64,000 nucleotides of DNA from Epiperipatus broadwayi (Eukaryota > Animalia > Onychophora): positions 13,702,001 to 13,766,000 of the forward strand of contig JAQFVV010000006.1 of NCBI GenBank assembly GCA_028023455.1. Reading direction: 5' to 3'. This document shows, piece by piece, positions 38,765-52,174 of the stretch (its first letter is position 1; each line of letters starts with the position of its first letter). Made by a program: the position numbers and the translations under genes. Under the pieces are notes generated by a model. The model did not search any database. It worked only from the letters and a program-made list of their open reading frames with translations, and was not told the DNA's origin.

Positions 38765-39989
38765 ATCTATGCAAACAAAAACCACCCAATCATTTGTTTA
38801 TTGCATCTTCGTTGAAATATCAATGATGAATTACAGGGGGCTGGAATGCAACCCTGTTTAAAGATGCAAGTATTACAATGGACAAGTTCTTTCATTTTCT
38901 ATATCCGTAATTTTTAAAATTTGTAACTTCTAAGTTAGGGGTTTGCTATGTCTTATCTATACAGGTTTTTTTTTTAAATAGTGTTATAGAATTGGTATTT
39001 TTATACCGAAAGAAAAATGAAAATGCTACAAATTTTTTTTTTCTTTTTTGGCTTTTTCGATTTCATTAGAAATTTTTTACGTTCCTTTTATTACGGAGTC
39101 TTGTTAACTAACAGCCTTAATATGCTACTATATGTGATGCTATTTGCTGCTGTACTTTAAGATTTTCTCAAGTACCTAATGTGAAATAAAGACTTATCAA
39201 GGGACTAGAAATAATGAAGTTAAAATTATTCTAGCATCATGATTTAAATAAGTTGCCTAATTTTTTTTTACTTTTTTTCTGCTAGAAATTCTTGCTCAGT
39301 GTGAAACTTAAAAATATTTAATGTTGAAAATTCTATATACACAATATATATATACAAAATTGGAGCATATGTATTACATGTTTAAATATTTATATATGTG
39401 TAAGATAGAATGTTATGCCAGCCCTAATATCAAACTCATCCATATTACAAATGAAAATTGAATTCCCTTTCATCTGCTCATCCAAAATTTTACATGGATA
39501 GCAGATTAGAACAATGATAATTATAAAAGCAAATATCAAATCAACATCGTCAAATTCTATTATTACTTATTTAATATTTGATGGTTTGTTCATAAGATGT
39601 TAAAATGAGTAGAAATTTACTTTGTGAATTTAAATAGAAACTGATTCAAATGGAGTTGTAAAAACATCTGTTGATTTGATATTTGCCCCTATAGATGTCA
39701 TTACTCATATCTACTATCCTTATGAACTTGTCTAAGTAGATGAAAGTGGGTTCATTTACAATGTAAATGACTTTGATAACAAGGGAGGGAGAGTGCACTT
39801 TTTGTATACAAAATTAATTTTTTAAGATTGATGAATATTCTTTGTGGGTTTGTGTAAGGTAATGTGTATGTATATATATTGTGTAATTGTTTTTTTAATG
39901 TATAGAAATTACATATTTATAATTTTGTAATTAGTTCTTGATATGTTTAGTAGCAAATTCTATGCTTACCACAGTTGTTCCACCTAGTG

Positions 39990-40140
39990 TAAGCTTTAGT
40001 AATCAATAAATGCCAGATGGTAGTGCTTAATATCCCTAGATTAGTTTTTAGCTTATAACTTTGTATTTGGGTTTTTTAGGATCTAATACACCTTTTCTCT
40101 AACAGCCATTTTTTTACTTCGTTCTACTATCAAGCAACTA
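39990..40140 (-). mobile_element. Degenerate family A fragment
   Basis: GTAATCAATAAATGCCAGATGGTAGTGC..CTAGATTAGTTTTTAGCTTATA..TAGGATCTAATACACC aligns to family A. Confidence 0.55.
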
Positions 40141-42336
40141 GCCCACTTTGGAAAAAACATGTTAATGTTTCCAATTTAAGCTGATTTGCTTGCATAATTA
40201 TACAAATCTGAAACTAGGATATATTATGGTGACCTTAGTTTTTTTAAGAACTATAGGCACTTCTGTCCTTTGGCCAAGATCGATATAAAAGTGTAACATG
40301 TCCCACAACCTCGACTTTTATAATACTGTTCAATAATGTATTCTTTTTCTCTCACCATGACCCTATCTATATAATATAAAATGAAATGGGATTTATGTGA
40401 TGTCATATTGGTTGATGTTTTAAAAATAACTTGCACATATGATAATAAAAATGTACCAACAGATGATTCTGAATATCAATACTGTTCTTCTATGGAAATT
40501 ATATTGACATAGCAAGAAACCCACTTTAATAAATTTAAAATTTCTAGTATGATGAGAGCCAAATGAATGAATTCCTAATAGTCAGGATCAAGATGCAAAC
40601 TGTAATGTGTACATTTGCTAGAATAGATTTAAGCATTTATTTTTATATGACGCTATGCATACAATTGAAAGGCTGATCTTTGAATGTATAGAATAGATTT
40701 AGAAACAGCAAATGGTAATATGGATTAATGGGCCATGGATAACCTCAATTGCTTTAATCTAAAATCATGTGAAGGATATTAAACTCTCATCCATCAAGGA
40801 TCATTACTTTGAAGTTTAACTTGCCTATAAGGATTCTGGATACAGTCCAAAACAAAAATGTGACTTCTCCGAAGAAAAGCTATTTTCCATCACATCACAA
40901 TAATTCTTAGTGTCAATCATTGCTCCATGATTTTGGCCCCTTTTGTGTTCCAATTCTCATCTGAATAAAGCAATATTCTGCCTTATCTCATTCACTTGGA
41001 TTTTTTTTTTTTTGTGCAAGCTACATACAAACTATATATGCATAATATACACACAATTACATTTAATATATATACGCTTATAAATATGTATTACTATTTA
41101 ACAATTTATGACTTAATCTCAAAATACTGTTCTAAGAACTTTTTTATTACGTCATTATTAGATTTATAAAATAAATATATATTTATAAAAAATACAATTA
41201 AAAATGATTTTAATGCCAAATATTTTTAAAATGTATAACTTAAAATTGTCTACACAAATATTAATTATGGAGGGAAGGGGGGAGGTTAGGGAGAAAAAAT
41301 CAAGTTTACTTTTTTAAAAAAAAAAACCTTAAAATTAAAATTTTAATCTTACGAATAATTTATATAAAATTAAAAAAATTGTACTAAAAAAAAGATAAAT
41401 TGCTCAGGAAATCATGTGACATTTAAGCACCCTGGTGGTAGATTGTGTGAACATTTAGCAATTCCATTTATTTAACCAAGCAGAATTGTTTTTTATTTTA
41501 ATTAAGTTACTCGGAACCTTAAAAAGTTCTGAATCTGCCACTCTACACCTATGCTAAATTGCACAGGATAAAAATTTAAATTCTAACATCACATGTACTA
41601 AGGGTAACAATAATATCATCTTCGGACAAAAGCTTGTTCAACATTCACACTAACTTTGCTTGACATCATACATTTGCAATTTTTATTTACATAGTCACAT
41701 ATTTTTAAAGCATTTTTATACCTATTAACATTTTAAATGATAGCCAAATGCTTTTTCTTCAAAATATTTTTAATATTTAAAGGAGGGAGATAATAATTAT
41801 TAATATACTGTACATAGTTAAGATTTTTATTTTAAAACAATAAGATTAGCATGAAAACTTGGCTCTTCGAAAAAAAAAAGCATAATAAACAATTTGGTCC
41901 CCTTCCCTTCTTGCAGCCCCTCCCTCGCCCCATAATTACGCTACTCAGAAGGCACTCAATTGCGGTTGGCTGATTCAACCTATTAGTCTTGATCTAGTTA
42001 ATAGGAGACATACTTATTGGTAAATTTATATTGTAAATATTGACACAGAAATTTATTGTAAATGCATTAGCAGGAAACAAGTCCTATTGAAAATACGTTG
42101 AACTGTAGAAGGGAAGAAACTACCATTAAAAGTTTTAGAATCACAGCTACCAATTTTAAGTTCATCAAAAAAAAAAAAAAAACATGGTCCACAATTCTAA
42201 CTTCTAGAATCGCAGTAGGAACTTTGGTGTGAGAGCATTTGCAACAGATACATTACTTCTCGATAAACTGTCTCAAATGCTAACTCAAAACGCTGAGTAT
42301 TATAAATGGAAACAAGATAATATTTAACAAGGAATT

Positions 42337-42426
42337 TCACGTTTCAAAATGCTTGTAAATGGAGGTAATGTACGTCATCACTGACTGCCAGTCAGGCCTT
42401 TCCATTGAAACCATATCGTTGATATT
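42337..42426 (-). CDS. SPECC1L: Cytospin / SPECC1(L) last coding exon
   Basis: Encodes NINDMVSMERPDWQSVMTYITSIYKHFET*, TGA at 42339-42337. Confidence 0.94.
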   Translation of the reverse strand, partial: NINDMVSMERPDWQSVMTYITSIYKHFET

Positions 42427-45400
42427 CTAAAAAAAAAAAAAAAGAAAACATTACAATTTATAAATTAATGAGTTGCTTCAAAATATTTAAACAATTTCTC
42501 CATGTATTGTATGAACTACATTAACAATAAATCTTAATTCACACTGTAACATATAAGTAACAAATAATAAGTCACTTTTATATTTTCCCTAATCCCAATA
42601 CACTTCTCATTTAAATAATGTGTCATCCTTTATTCTGTCATTATCATGGATTCTTGCTAGATTTGAGAATACAGGTCAATTAAACTTGGTAATGTATGAA
42701 AGCAATATATATATAAATAATATATAAAAAAAATTCTGAGAAATCATCTAAATATTTCTAATAACCCTGTTCTATGTTGTAACACTTTTCTCTAAATTTT
42801 TTTTAAAAAAAAAAAATATAATTTTAATTTTAAAATTTTTTTTTTTTTTTTTTTTTAAAAAATTTTTTTATTAAAAAAAAAAATTAAAATTTATGGGTTT
42901 TTTTTAATTTAAAAATATAAATTTTTTATTTTTAAAAAAAAAAGAAATTTTTTCAAATTAATTGAAAAAGAATTATAAAATTTTTTCCCCAAAAGAAGGG
43001 GTTCTGCCAATATATTAACATCTAAACAACAGTTTAATCTGAAGTTATCCAAGTATCAACTGATTTACACATTGATAAAATTAAACCAGTGTGTGTGTGT
43101 ATATATATATATATTGTAGCCTTTATGAAAATAGCTACAAATAAAAGGCACAACAGTAGTAAGAATATAAGCTAGGGATAGAGAAAATGTGAATTTAATT
43201 TCAGGTTTGGTTGTGCTGGAATGTGCCAGTATGATGCTTGTGTGGAGTGAGTGAGTGAAAAAACTAAGTAAATGTATATGGGGAAGTACAGCTTTAAGCT
43301 GTTTTTTTTCTCTTTGTGGGAAAGTAAAATTTAATTTTAAGTAATAATCAGTTATATTAAAAGTAATTTAATTGTATTAAAGAAAAGGGAGACTGAAGGT
43401 TGTGTATTTAAAAAAAAACAACTAATTTTTAAATAGAAGGTTATTAAGTTAACATTTCATATTAAATATTTAAAAAGACTTGTAAAAGAGGAATTTTGTT
43501 TGTTAAAAAGAAAAAAAAACTAATTAAAGGATTGAATAATCAAGAGATACAATGTTGAAAGAAGACGTTTGAAATTGGGAAAGATATATTTTCGGGTGGG
43601 GGGGAGGGACGACGACGAAGACGTTTTTTTAAAAAATCTGATGAAATAATAAAAGAGAAGAAATTAGAGAAGGGAAACAGAGCAGAATAACTGATATTTA
43701 GCCACAACCTTATGCAGTGAAGTTATATCCAGCAAGTTACACTTGCAAGTATTAGAGAAATAATACTTTCAGTATTGTCAAATTACGAAATGATAAAACA
43801 AACTAATGATTCATGCTTCCTTAACATGAGTTGTTAGTTCATACCTGTACATTTATTCATCTCTGGCTTATTATGTAACAGTATAAAAGTAGGAAAGTTA
43901 CAAAGTCCAGCTCTAGTATGGGGGGGGGGGTGTCCATTGTTATTCCTTGTCCAATGATTTGTCTGGCAGTTGCCGACGTATTCCAAAATTACACAAAGTG
44001 ATAATAGACAATCTGCAAGTGGAGTTTGATGAAGAAAGGGATCTGTATAAAACCACCAAACATCACATAATCACTACTGTAAAAAAGGTTTTGCCTTTTC
44101 TCAAGAAAGGGAAATATTAGTGCCAGTTAACCTGATATGATGATTGAAGAAAGTACAACATTAACCATTAAAGACCAGCCAGAAATATTGGCTGAGAAAT
44201 CTGAAGAAGGATCAACCAAGTGGTAAACTATAAAATGAATTGTTCTAGGATTGCACATGAAAACAAAAATATAAATTAAGGATTTGACTGTCAACAGATA
44301 TATTCATAAGCACTTATATAAAAAAGAAAACTCATAAGATTGTTTTAATATATATCATATATAATCATAAGACTTTAAATTAAAAGTTCCAATATTTTAT
44401 TTAATTATTATTATACTGTATTATTAGCTTTACTTTTTTACCTTTAAAAGAATTGTATATTTATATATATGCCTTTTGAGTGAATTTTTAATATCTATAT
44501 ATATATATATAAGTGAAATGTAAGTAGTATACCAAATTATGTAATTCCTAAAAATCCTAGCTATAAATTGTTACTAAGCAATTAAAATAGATACCTCCTA
44601 AAAACGAACAAACATTAAAAATCTGGCAGAAAAGAGCATATGTAATAAAAAGGTACAGTATTCTGAAAATATATTAATAATTATTTATTTAACAATAAAT
44701 TTGTTCTAGCATAATTAAATATATGTTAGTGAAAAAAAGTTGCATTTTATGAAATAGTTATAATTTATTTAATGCAGGAAAAATAAAAAGTTTATAGACA
44801 AACAATATTTTATTATGAACATCTTTGGCAATTCTTTTATGAGATTCTAATATAAATGATTTCAAATTAAATTTGGGCAAACCGATCATTTATTTATTTA
44901 ACTATAAATGTGCTCTGACCCAATTAATAAAAGAATAGTGTACTGTAAATAGCATGTTAAATAAAAGAAAAGAAAAAAATCAATCAATGCTTCATTTTTT
45001 TATTGCTTTGGGGAAAAAGAATGACGGAATTTAGTCATTGCCAAAGGCATAGGTGGCAAAGCCCCCTCCCCCCAGTTATATATATATTTTCTTATGGAAA
45101 TTGTATTTGATTATTTTGAAATGTAGTTGAGATGTCAATTGGATGTAAGGAGGGGATGTATATTTCTAATTTTGGTCAAATCGTTAAGAGTTAAGGTGCA
45201 ATAAACCATAATATTGAACACGTGCTCTTTTAGAAATTGTCAATGTGGAAAGTATTGATACATTTTATTTTTATTGTCTGAAATAAATTATCAATAAGTT
45301 TGAAATATAGCCTGTGGTCTTGATTCCCATTACTGCATTACATTGATTGAATAAATGATTTAGGTTAATTAAGTTATGCGATATTGAGCTCGAGTATAAG

Positions 45401-45984
45401 GTGTCCGCAAGCTACTGCTTAGTGCTGAATGGAAGTGTAAAAGAATAAGGATTGGAATCAAGGTGGCACCTGAATGGATCTGATTAATTGTACCAATATA
45501 AAGATGCCCAGGGAACTCAGATCATCATGGCACCCCTTTCCTATCCAAAGAATGGAATGATATATGATAGGGGTAAGTATTCTCATGAGCAATGATAAGC
45601 AGTAAATGTTACTGATTATAAGTGGACATATCAGCAATAGATTTATTAATTGATAAAGCTTTCAGTTAGTTCATTGCTATTCATTCAATTGAAGTTCACA
45701 GACAAATCTCATTATTAAAGTAATATCTATAGGTCCATGATTATTAAATTTGCTGCATTTGAAATGGAAGCTAATCATAAAACAAATAACTGTCCCAAAC
45801 AAGCATACTAATTGGAAACCAACAATAGAACAAGCTAGCCTATGTAGTTTTGAGCAAATGACCTACAAGATAATTAGAAAAACAAACAACTGTTCCAAAC
45901 AAGCATATTGATTGAGAAACAACAATAGAACAAACTCTAGCCTAAATAGTATTTTCCTAAAGGTTTGTGATGATGTATTTTAGT

Positions 45985-46505
45985 TGTATTTATATATTGG
46001 ATTATTTCCATCATCTAATATAAGTATTGAATGTCTTTAGAAAAACTTAATTTAAATATTCCAAATACATTCTACTGTTAGTAATAGCACACAGGTTAGT
46101 ATATGCACAATGTTTCAAGAGGGATTTATCTTCTCTTCGGGTGTTGCTAGCCTGACTAGTGACAATACTAGCATGGGAAATGAATCTTAGACCCTTAGAT
46201 TGTTGAATATTGAATTTTAAGGTGATGTTCCAACCAATTGAGTCTTTGGCAGAATGACCCAGGTTAGAGCGTTACCTTAAAATTCAAGAATCTAATGGTC
46301 CAGGTTCGAATCCCATGCTAGTGCTGTGTCAGGCCAGCAACACCCCAAGAGGAGAACAATACATCTCGAAACATTGGACATATACTAACCTGTGGGCTAT
46401 TATTAACAGTTGTATGTAATTGGAAGATTTAAATAAAGTTAAATTTTTCTAAAGACATTCAATACTTATATTAGATGATAGAAATAGTCCAATATATATA
46501 CATCT
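45985..46505. mobile_element. Two tRNA-derived SINE-like copies fused head-to-head (~520-bp palindrome)
   Basis: The arms mirror over ~250 bp around ~46250. The right arm has A-box-like TGACCCAGGTTAGAGCG and B-box GGTTCGAATCC. Confidence 0.7.
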
Positions 46506-47154
46506 AGCCTAAGTAGTTTTGAGTGAATGACTTATTTATTTACAAGACTAGTTCAGTGTGTTTGAGAAAGTCTGTGTTTGCAGTTTATATATCTACATTT
46601 ATGTTTGTGTGTTATATGTTTAATAATTTACCATAATAATGGGCACTCAAATATTATACTGAATTTAATTTAAACTTGAGAAAAAAAAAGTGAATTTCAC
46701 ATTTATTTGCATATACAGCATAACGACAGCCATTGTGGCCTGCTGCAATAGTATTTGCAATTCATATTGTTGCCACAAATTTGAAAATTACTTTTTTTTA
46801 ATTATTGCAAAATTAATGGCTGTAGTACTTCTGTTATGTCTAAAAGCTGCAAAGCAATTCATTTAGGTGATAAAATCAAAATAAGTTATTTATTTTGAAG
46901 AAAAAAAAGGATGCTGAAACTGTCTGTATATTCAATAAAACAAATCATTGATTTGTTGAAATAAGCAATAAAGATCGAGAAGGTTGATCATTGGAAGTGC
47001 CAGAACTGGAAGTGATTTGAGGACCTTATGCTCCAAAGTCTGACACTCTACGATTGCTCTAAATATTACATGGCAAAAAATATAGAATGCTTCAAAATTT
47101 GCATGTCATCCTCTTTCAGGATCTGTGTGTATTGTTCCAAGTTTTGGTATATAT

Positions 47155-47704
47155 TATTATGGCTCAACTTATCTTCAAGTAACAGATTTGTCCAGATTGA
47201 TACTTCAATCTTATCTTGATCGGATTCAGCATTCGTCACTACAAACCAATTGCTGAAGATGAAGATGCTCAGCGAATCTGATTGTCTCATTAAGGAAGAG
47301 GACCTAGCTATAAATTGGCAGATCATTTGGAGGTAAAGTCAGACAACAACAAAATAACTCAGAGTTGAATAGCAGTACAGATGTTCTCGCTACTGTAGAG
47401 CAATGAGGTAAATTCAGGTTGAGGCAAGCTGTCGTGGTACAGCTGGAAATGCCATGATACAGATGGTGTTAGGCACACCTAGAGGGTTATCTGAAATCCC
47501 TTGCTTCAAAAGTTGTATGGCAACTAGATGTTATAACTAGCCAATAATAGGCGACCAGTATATCAATTTTATTGTAAATATATATATATGGTAAATACAT
47601 TTTCTATATAAGTTGGTTTAATAAAATATTTAACTGTACTTGTACGAGTTTGTGTTCATCATGATTGTATATAAACACAAATATGTATTGCCAAAGCAAT
47701 TACA
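47155..47704 (+). mobile_element. Solo LTR of the Gypsy family at 2596-4529
   Basis: Collinear similarity to 3928-4529 (CTCAACTTATCTT..GATGCTC..GAGGCAAGCTG..GAGTTTGTGTT..ACA). Confidence 0.7.
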
Positions 47705-47949
47705 ATTTGTGAGTGAACAATATGTATAGAATGTTTTGGTAAGCACATGTTCTGGGAAACAGAAATTGGTAAGGATTTAAAAACTTTCGTTAAGATATTG
47801 CCCTCTGCATTTCACTGTCTAAACAAAATTTTATTTTTTAGGTACGATTTTCAGTGAATCAACACATTCACATACATATTCAACTAGATTGGAATGCAAT
47901 GTAATATGAACATATACTATCTTTCAATTTATCATTCCACTAACATTTT

Positions 47950-48068
47950 GCAACTGTATTCTTTTTTTTTTATTAACTTTTTTAATTGATTTTTTAATTT
48001 GTACAATCTGCAACTGTATTCTTTTTTTTTATTAACTTTTTTAATTGATTTTTTAATTTGTACAATCT
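47950..48068 (+). repeat. Near-perfect tandem duplication, 60-bp period
   Basis: GCAACTGTATTC(T)nATTAAC..GTACAATCT occurs twice. Confidence 0.9.
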
Positions 48069-48094
48069 TTAAAACTAAATTTTATTACCATTTT

Positions 48095-48425
48095 CAATCT
48101 AGTGTAAGATGATAGTCTCTCCAAATTTAAACTCATTTCTCCAATCCAATAATCCTTGTTTTATTCACCTCACGTCTTTCTGGGACTTTTTATAATCTCT
48201 TGGATGCAGTTTAAACCCTCAACTATTCATCGATTATTATCACTAGCTCCATTTCATTCTTAATTCTTCAATAATACGTGTTTGTTATCTCATCCAAATA
48301 TTTTATTTCCAATCATGTCTTGTTACTTCCAACACATATATCTATTTACATCAGTGAGCCGTCTGAATTCTTTGTATTACTCCTCATTAACTATCCAAGT
48401 TTCATATCCATAATAAGAAATGGTG
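48095..48425 (-). mobile_element. Old RTE 3' fragment
   Basis: Diverged similarity to 52564-53000 (GTCTCTCCAA..ATCTCTTGGA..CATATCCATAA). Confidence 0.55.
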
Positions 48426-48929
48426 AAATATATATAGGTGCATTTTAAAAATGTAAATTATATACGGCATGCTATTATCGGTAAGCTTGGAACAAAACGG
48501 CGGAAATATAATAGTCTTATATTTATAAAATACAAACAGACATTATTTAATGAACTTCTGTATGAAGAATAGTTATTAGAAATGGCAACAGCAATTAATT
48601 AACACTATTTTCTCCACTGATTATATCATTTGTAGCCTTTTTTGGAAAAAAAAAAGAAGATATCATTTCTTATCTTCTTCGTCATTAATAAATGTTGAAA
48701 ATAAATTTTAAAAACTATTTGAAAAATTGTTAAATTATGTGGAAATATCACAAGTGAAATATTCCAACAATTAGCTTTCAGACCTTTGAGAATAACAAAT
48801 ATTTAATGTTATCCACTCATAAACCGACTAAAAACATGCCAAACTGAATATGTAATCAGCAAATCAGACTGACTTTTAACTAATAATGAATTACTAGAAA
48901 AAAGTTACATTTTTATTTTAGTCCATAAT

Positions 48930-49073
48930 ATTCTTTACTAGTACTGATCCATGGTGGTAATAAATGAATTGTTAGATGCCCATGAAGTCATATTTTAATC
49001 CAAATTCATTCTTTACTAGTACTGATTAATGATAGTAATAATAAATGAATTGTTAGATGCCCATGAGATCATA
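48930..49073 (+). repeat. Tandem duplication, ~78-bp period
   Basis: ATTCTTTACTAGTACTGAT..TAAATGAATTGTTAGATGCCCATGA occurs twice. Confidence 0.85.
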
Positions 49074-49320
49074 TAATATTTGCACATCAAAAGTAATGTA
49101 TCAATTTTGATAGCTCTCAAGTTTGCTTTTAATACCAAACTCAGCACTGGACTCTCCATTTAGAAACTTTCTCGTTTTGTAAAAATTTAAATAAATGAAA
49201 TACAATAATTAATACATCAAAATTTAGAAAAAAATTTTAAAACTAAATTGCTCTTATAGGAAATTTATGATAAAAATAATTGACAGAATTACGAAATATA
49301 ATAAAAATGGGTAGTTTACA

Positions 49321-49460
49321 CGTGCTGTGGTCGCTAGGTGATGCTGCAGCACCATCAAGAAGCCTGCAAGTGATAAATTTCTATTTCAGCCATTTTTGGA
49401 TAGAAATTTATCACTTGCAGGCTTCTTGGTGCTGCAGCGTCACCTAGCGGCCATAGTACG
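49321..49460. repeat. Near-perfect GC-rich hairpin (~61-bp arms)
   Basis: 49321-49384 vs 49400-49460: four transitions and one 3-nt indel; 15-nt loop. Confidence 0.9.
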
Positions 49461-51384
49461 CATAACCGAAAACTACCTAAAAATTTTCTAAAAAATAGAG
49501 ATTTTGAAAATGGCTCCAATTTTTGTAATTATTTAATTCATATTCCCTCCATTGATAAATAGATTTCGTATTTATTAATTATAAATTTCATGCTGTTTAG
49601 TTTATTATCGTTTTACAATAAATGACAAATATCAATTGCATAGCTCAAATATAGATATAATTAATGCTGACTGTACTTAAAACCCCTAGCAACCTATATG
49701 TAAACTAACTGTCAATAAATTGAATGCTTCTATACGATCCAAGCTACTAAAGTACAAGTGGGTCCACTCTGTACTTTTCGAATTTTTCCAGTTAGTTTAC
49801 ATATGTCTCGCTAGGAGTTTTCAGTAGCTTCTGCATTAATTAAATAAATGATAAATATAAAATTTACCTGTTAAGTATTTATATGGATAAAAAAAAATTG
49901 TTTGTTTTACTTGGTTAAAATTTTAAAGAATAAAAAATTACGATTCAAGAAAGATTGTGAATTTATCATTCCTGACTATTGAGCATATTAACTATATGAA
50001 AATTTAAACAATTCTGCAGAACAAAGAACATAACAGTACATCAGTGTAAATTTTGAGATACTAAACGTACAAAACTTTTATTTGTATCTAGTAAGATAAA
50101 TAAATAACCGCATGGCTTTATTGCTCGAAAGTTCGAATGCTTAAGTGCCATAACTGGAACTGACTGGAGGATCTTCCCCTCCAGAGTCTGACATTACCAA
50201 TTGTGCTAAAGCAAATGGTTTTAATATCTAATAGTCAAATGTTACCGATACCAGCATTAGAAAAAAAGTTATTTATAAAAGTAGATTTTCACCAAGACTA
50301 AATTGCGTATGAAATAAGGTTTTCAGTTTTCAATATCACTTTTTGTTCAGGAGCCCACAAACCTTAAGGTTAGCTCTAACCATCTTGCAATACCATAGCG
50401 ATAAATTACATAGACAATCAAAGATGCTATCAGCATCGAATCGTCCCCCGATCTTTTTTTTTTTTGCGTATAATTTAAAACTATTTCTTATATCAAAACT
50501 AAATGTAAAAAGAAATTTGACATATATAGATTTACTAACGTCCACATAAATAATGGAATATTTAGATAAAGAATTAGCTTCTTTTTTTTTTTATATATTA
50601 TTCAAAAGATAAAGCTATTAACTTGAAGAATTGGATAAAGATGACAAACATTTTCTTTGGTTAAAATAAGGCCCAATATCAAAAGTTTACTTGCATATCT
50701 TTCTAATTTTTATAACAAATCGTAAACCAAAAACATTGTAATGAACTATGTAAAAAAAACTGGTAAGCAATATTAAATTGGCCATGATTCATATTTTACC
50801 ATTTGCATTTAACATTCAATTAACAAAATGACATAATATGCTTTTGGAAAGAAAATGTCAGTATATATCTATAAACAGAAGTAGCTACAATTCCAGAAGC
50901 TATGGATAAACAGCTCTCGTAAGTCAATAAATATAAAGAAGAGAATATATTTATGTAGCAGCTATAACCAATCCAACTACATATTCAAATAGTTATTGGA
51001 AAATGGATATATAATAAAAAATATATATGTTACCATCAGCATATGGTAAATCTTTTATTTCCTCCTTTGCAATTTCTCTTGGATAGGTGATTAAATCTTT
51101 GCATTACTGAAGGCAATTTAAAAGCTCTTATCTGCAAACATCTATATGCAACCAGTCATTTTTTTTATATAATCCATATGGTGATTTTTGAATGTAAATC
51201 AAATTTTACTTATGCCAGATTTCCCTTTATCATTATCATTGTAAAGAATAGAAATAAATATAAGCACCACCATCTATTACAAGAACTATACACACAGCAT
51301 AAACCATACAGAAATTAACGATTATTGATGTATACATCATATTTTTCAAAACTATGCTTTATATATGCAAAGAATGTTTACGTA

Positions 51385-52010
51385 AGAACAGTAGAAACTC
51401 TATACAATAGTACCACCCAATGTAAACTATAGTAATCGATGAATGCTAGAAGGTTAATCCCTATCTTATGCCTACTCATTTAATATTCCTGGACTAATTT
51501 CTAGTTTGTGGCTTTCATCAGAGAGAAGCCTTGGATCTGAGAGCTCTGCATCTAGATCTTAGGATCTAATGCAACCCTCTAGCAGCCATCTTTACCTTTT
51601 TAATTTATTATAAAGCTATGAGCCCAAATTGGAAAAATGTATGGGTACTGAACTGAGTTCAGGTCTATATGATTATACAAGCTAATTAGCTTAGGTTGAA
51701 AATATTGTGCTTTCAATTCGGACTCATGGCTTTATAGTAAACTAAAAAGGTAAAAGATGGCAGCTGGAGGGTTGCATTAGATACAAAGATCTAGGTGTAA
51801 TACTCTCAGATTCAAGACTCCTCATTGATGAAAGTCACAAACTAAAAACTAGTCTGGGAGTATTGAATGAGTAGGCGCTAGATAGGGATTTTAATACATA
51901 AACCTGGCATCCATTGACTATTATGGTTTGCAGTAGATGATACTATTGTATGGAGAAAGTTGCTACTGTTTTAACAGATTAAATGGCAGTCGTGATGTTT
52001 CAGTGGTTTA
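51385..52010. mobile_element. Inverted pair of family A hammerhead repeats
   Basis: 51385-51620 (hammerhead remnant on minus, 51488-51525) and 51630-52010 (plus, TTGATGA at 51825). Confidence 0.8.
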
Positions 52011-52114
52011 ATAAATCAGATTTTTATGCAAGTAAGGGTCTATCCATATATATTTATAAAGTAGCCTCATATATATACGTTTTACAAATATAAAGTAATG
52101 TAAAACTTAATTAC

Positions 52115-52174
52115 CAAAGTCGTAGGGATGCCAACAATCTCGGCTGCTTGAAATGCTAATGTGAAATTTCGTCT
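52115..52174 (-). CDS. SPECC1L: Cytospin / SPECC1(L) penultimate exon
   Basis: Encodes RRNFTLAFQAAEIVGIPTTL; ttccAG acceptor, GTAATT donor. Confidence 0.93.

Noticed and set aside
40560-40990. Possible RT remnant that could be ORF2 of the 33-36 kb element
   Set aside because: Too degraded to assign, apparently on the opposite strand and >4 kb away.
32544-42336. Expected adenosine receptor (ADORA) between ZSWIM7 and cytospin
   Set aside because: No 7TM-like ORF or exon recognised by eye; small exons cannot be excluded without tblastn.
42790-43000. Second A/T homopolymer-rich tract
   Set aside because: Same signature of low-quality sequence; no structure beyond the runs.
47066-47326. 86-aa minus ORF with an LEQY motif suggesting Gypsy gag
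   Set aside because: Most of it lies antisense within a solo LTR (47155-47704); the similarity is probably coincidental.
50336-50549. Overlapping 68-69-aa ORFs as a possible extra cytospin exon or nested gene
   Set aside because: No polypyrimidine acceptor on minus, the cytospin CH domain is complete without it, and there is no recognisable homology.
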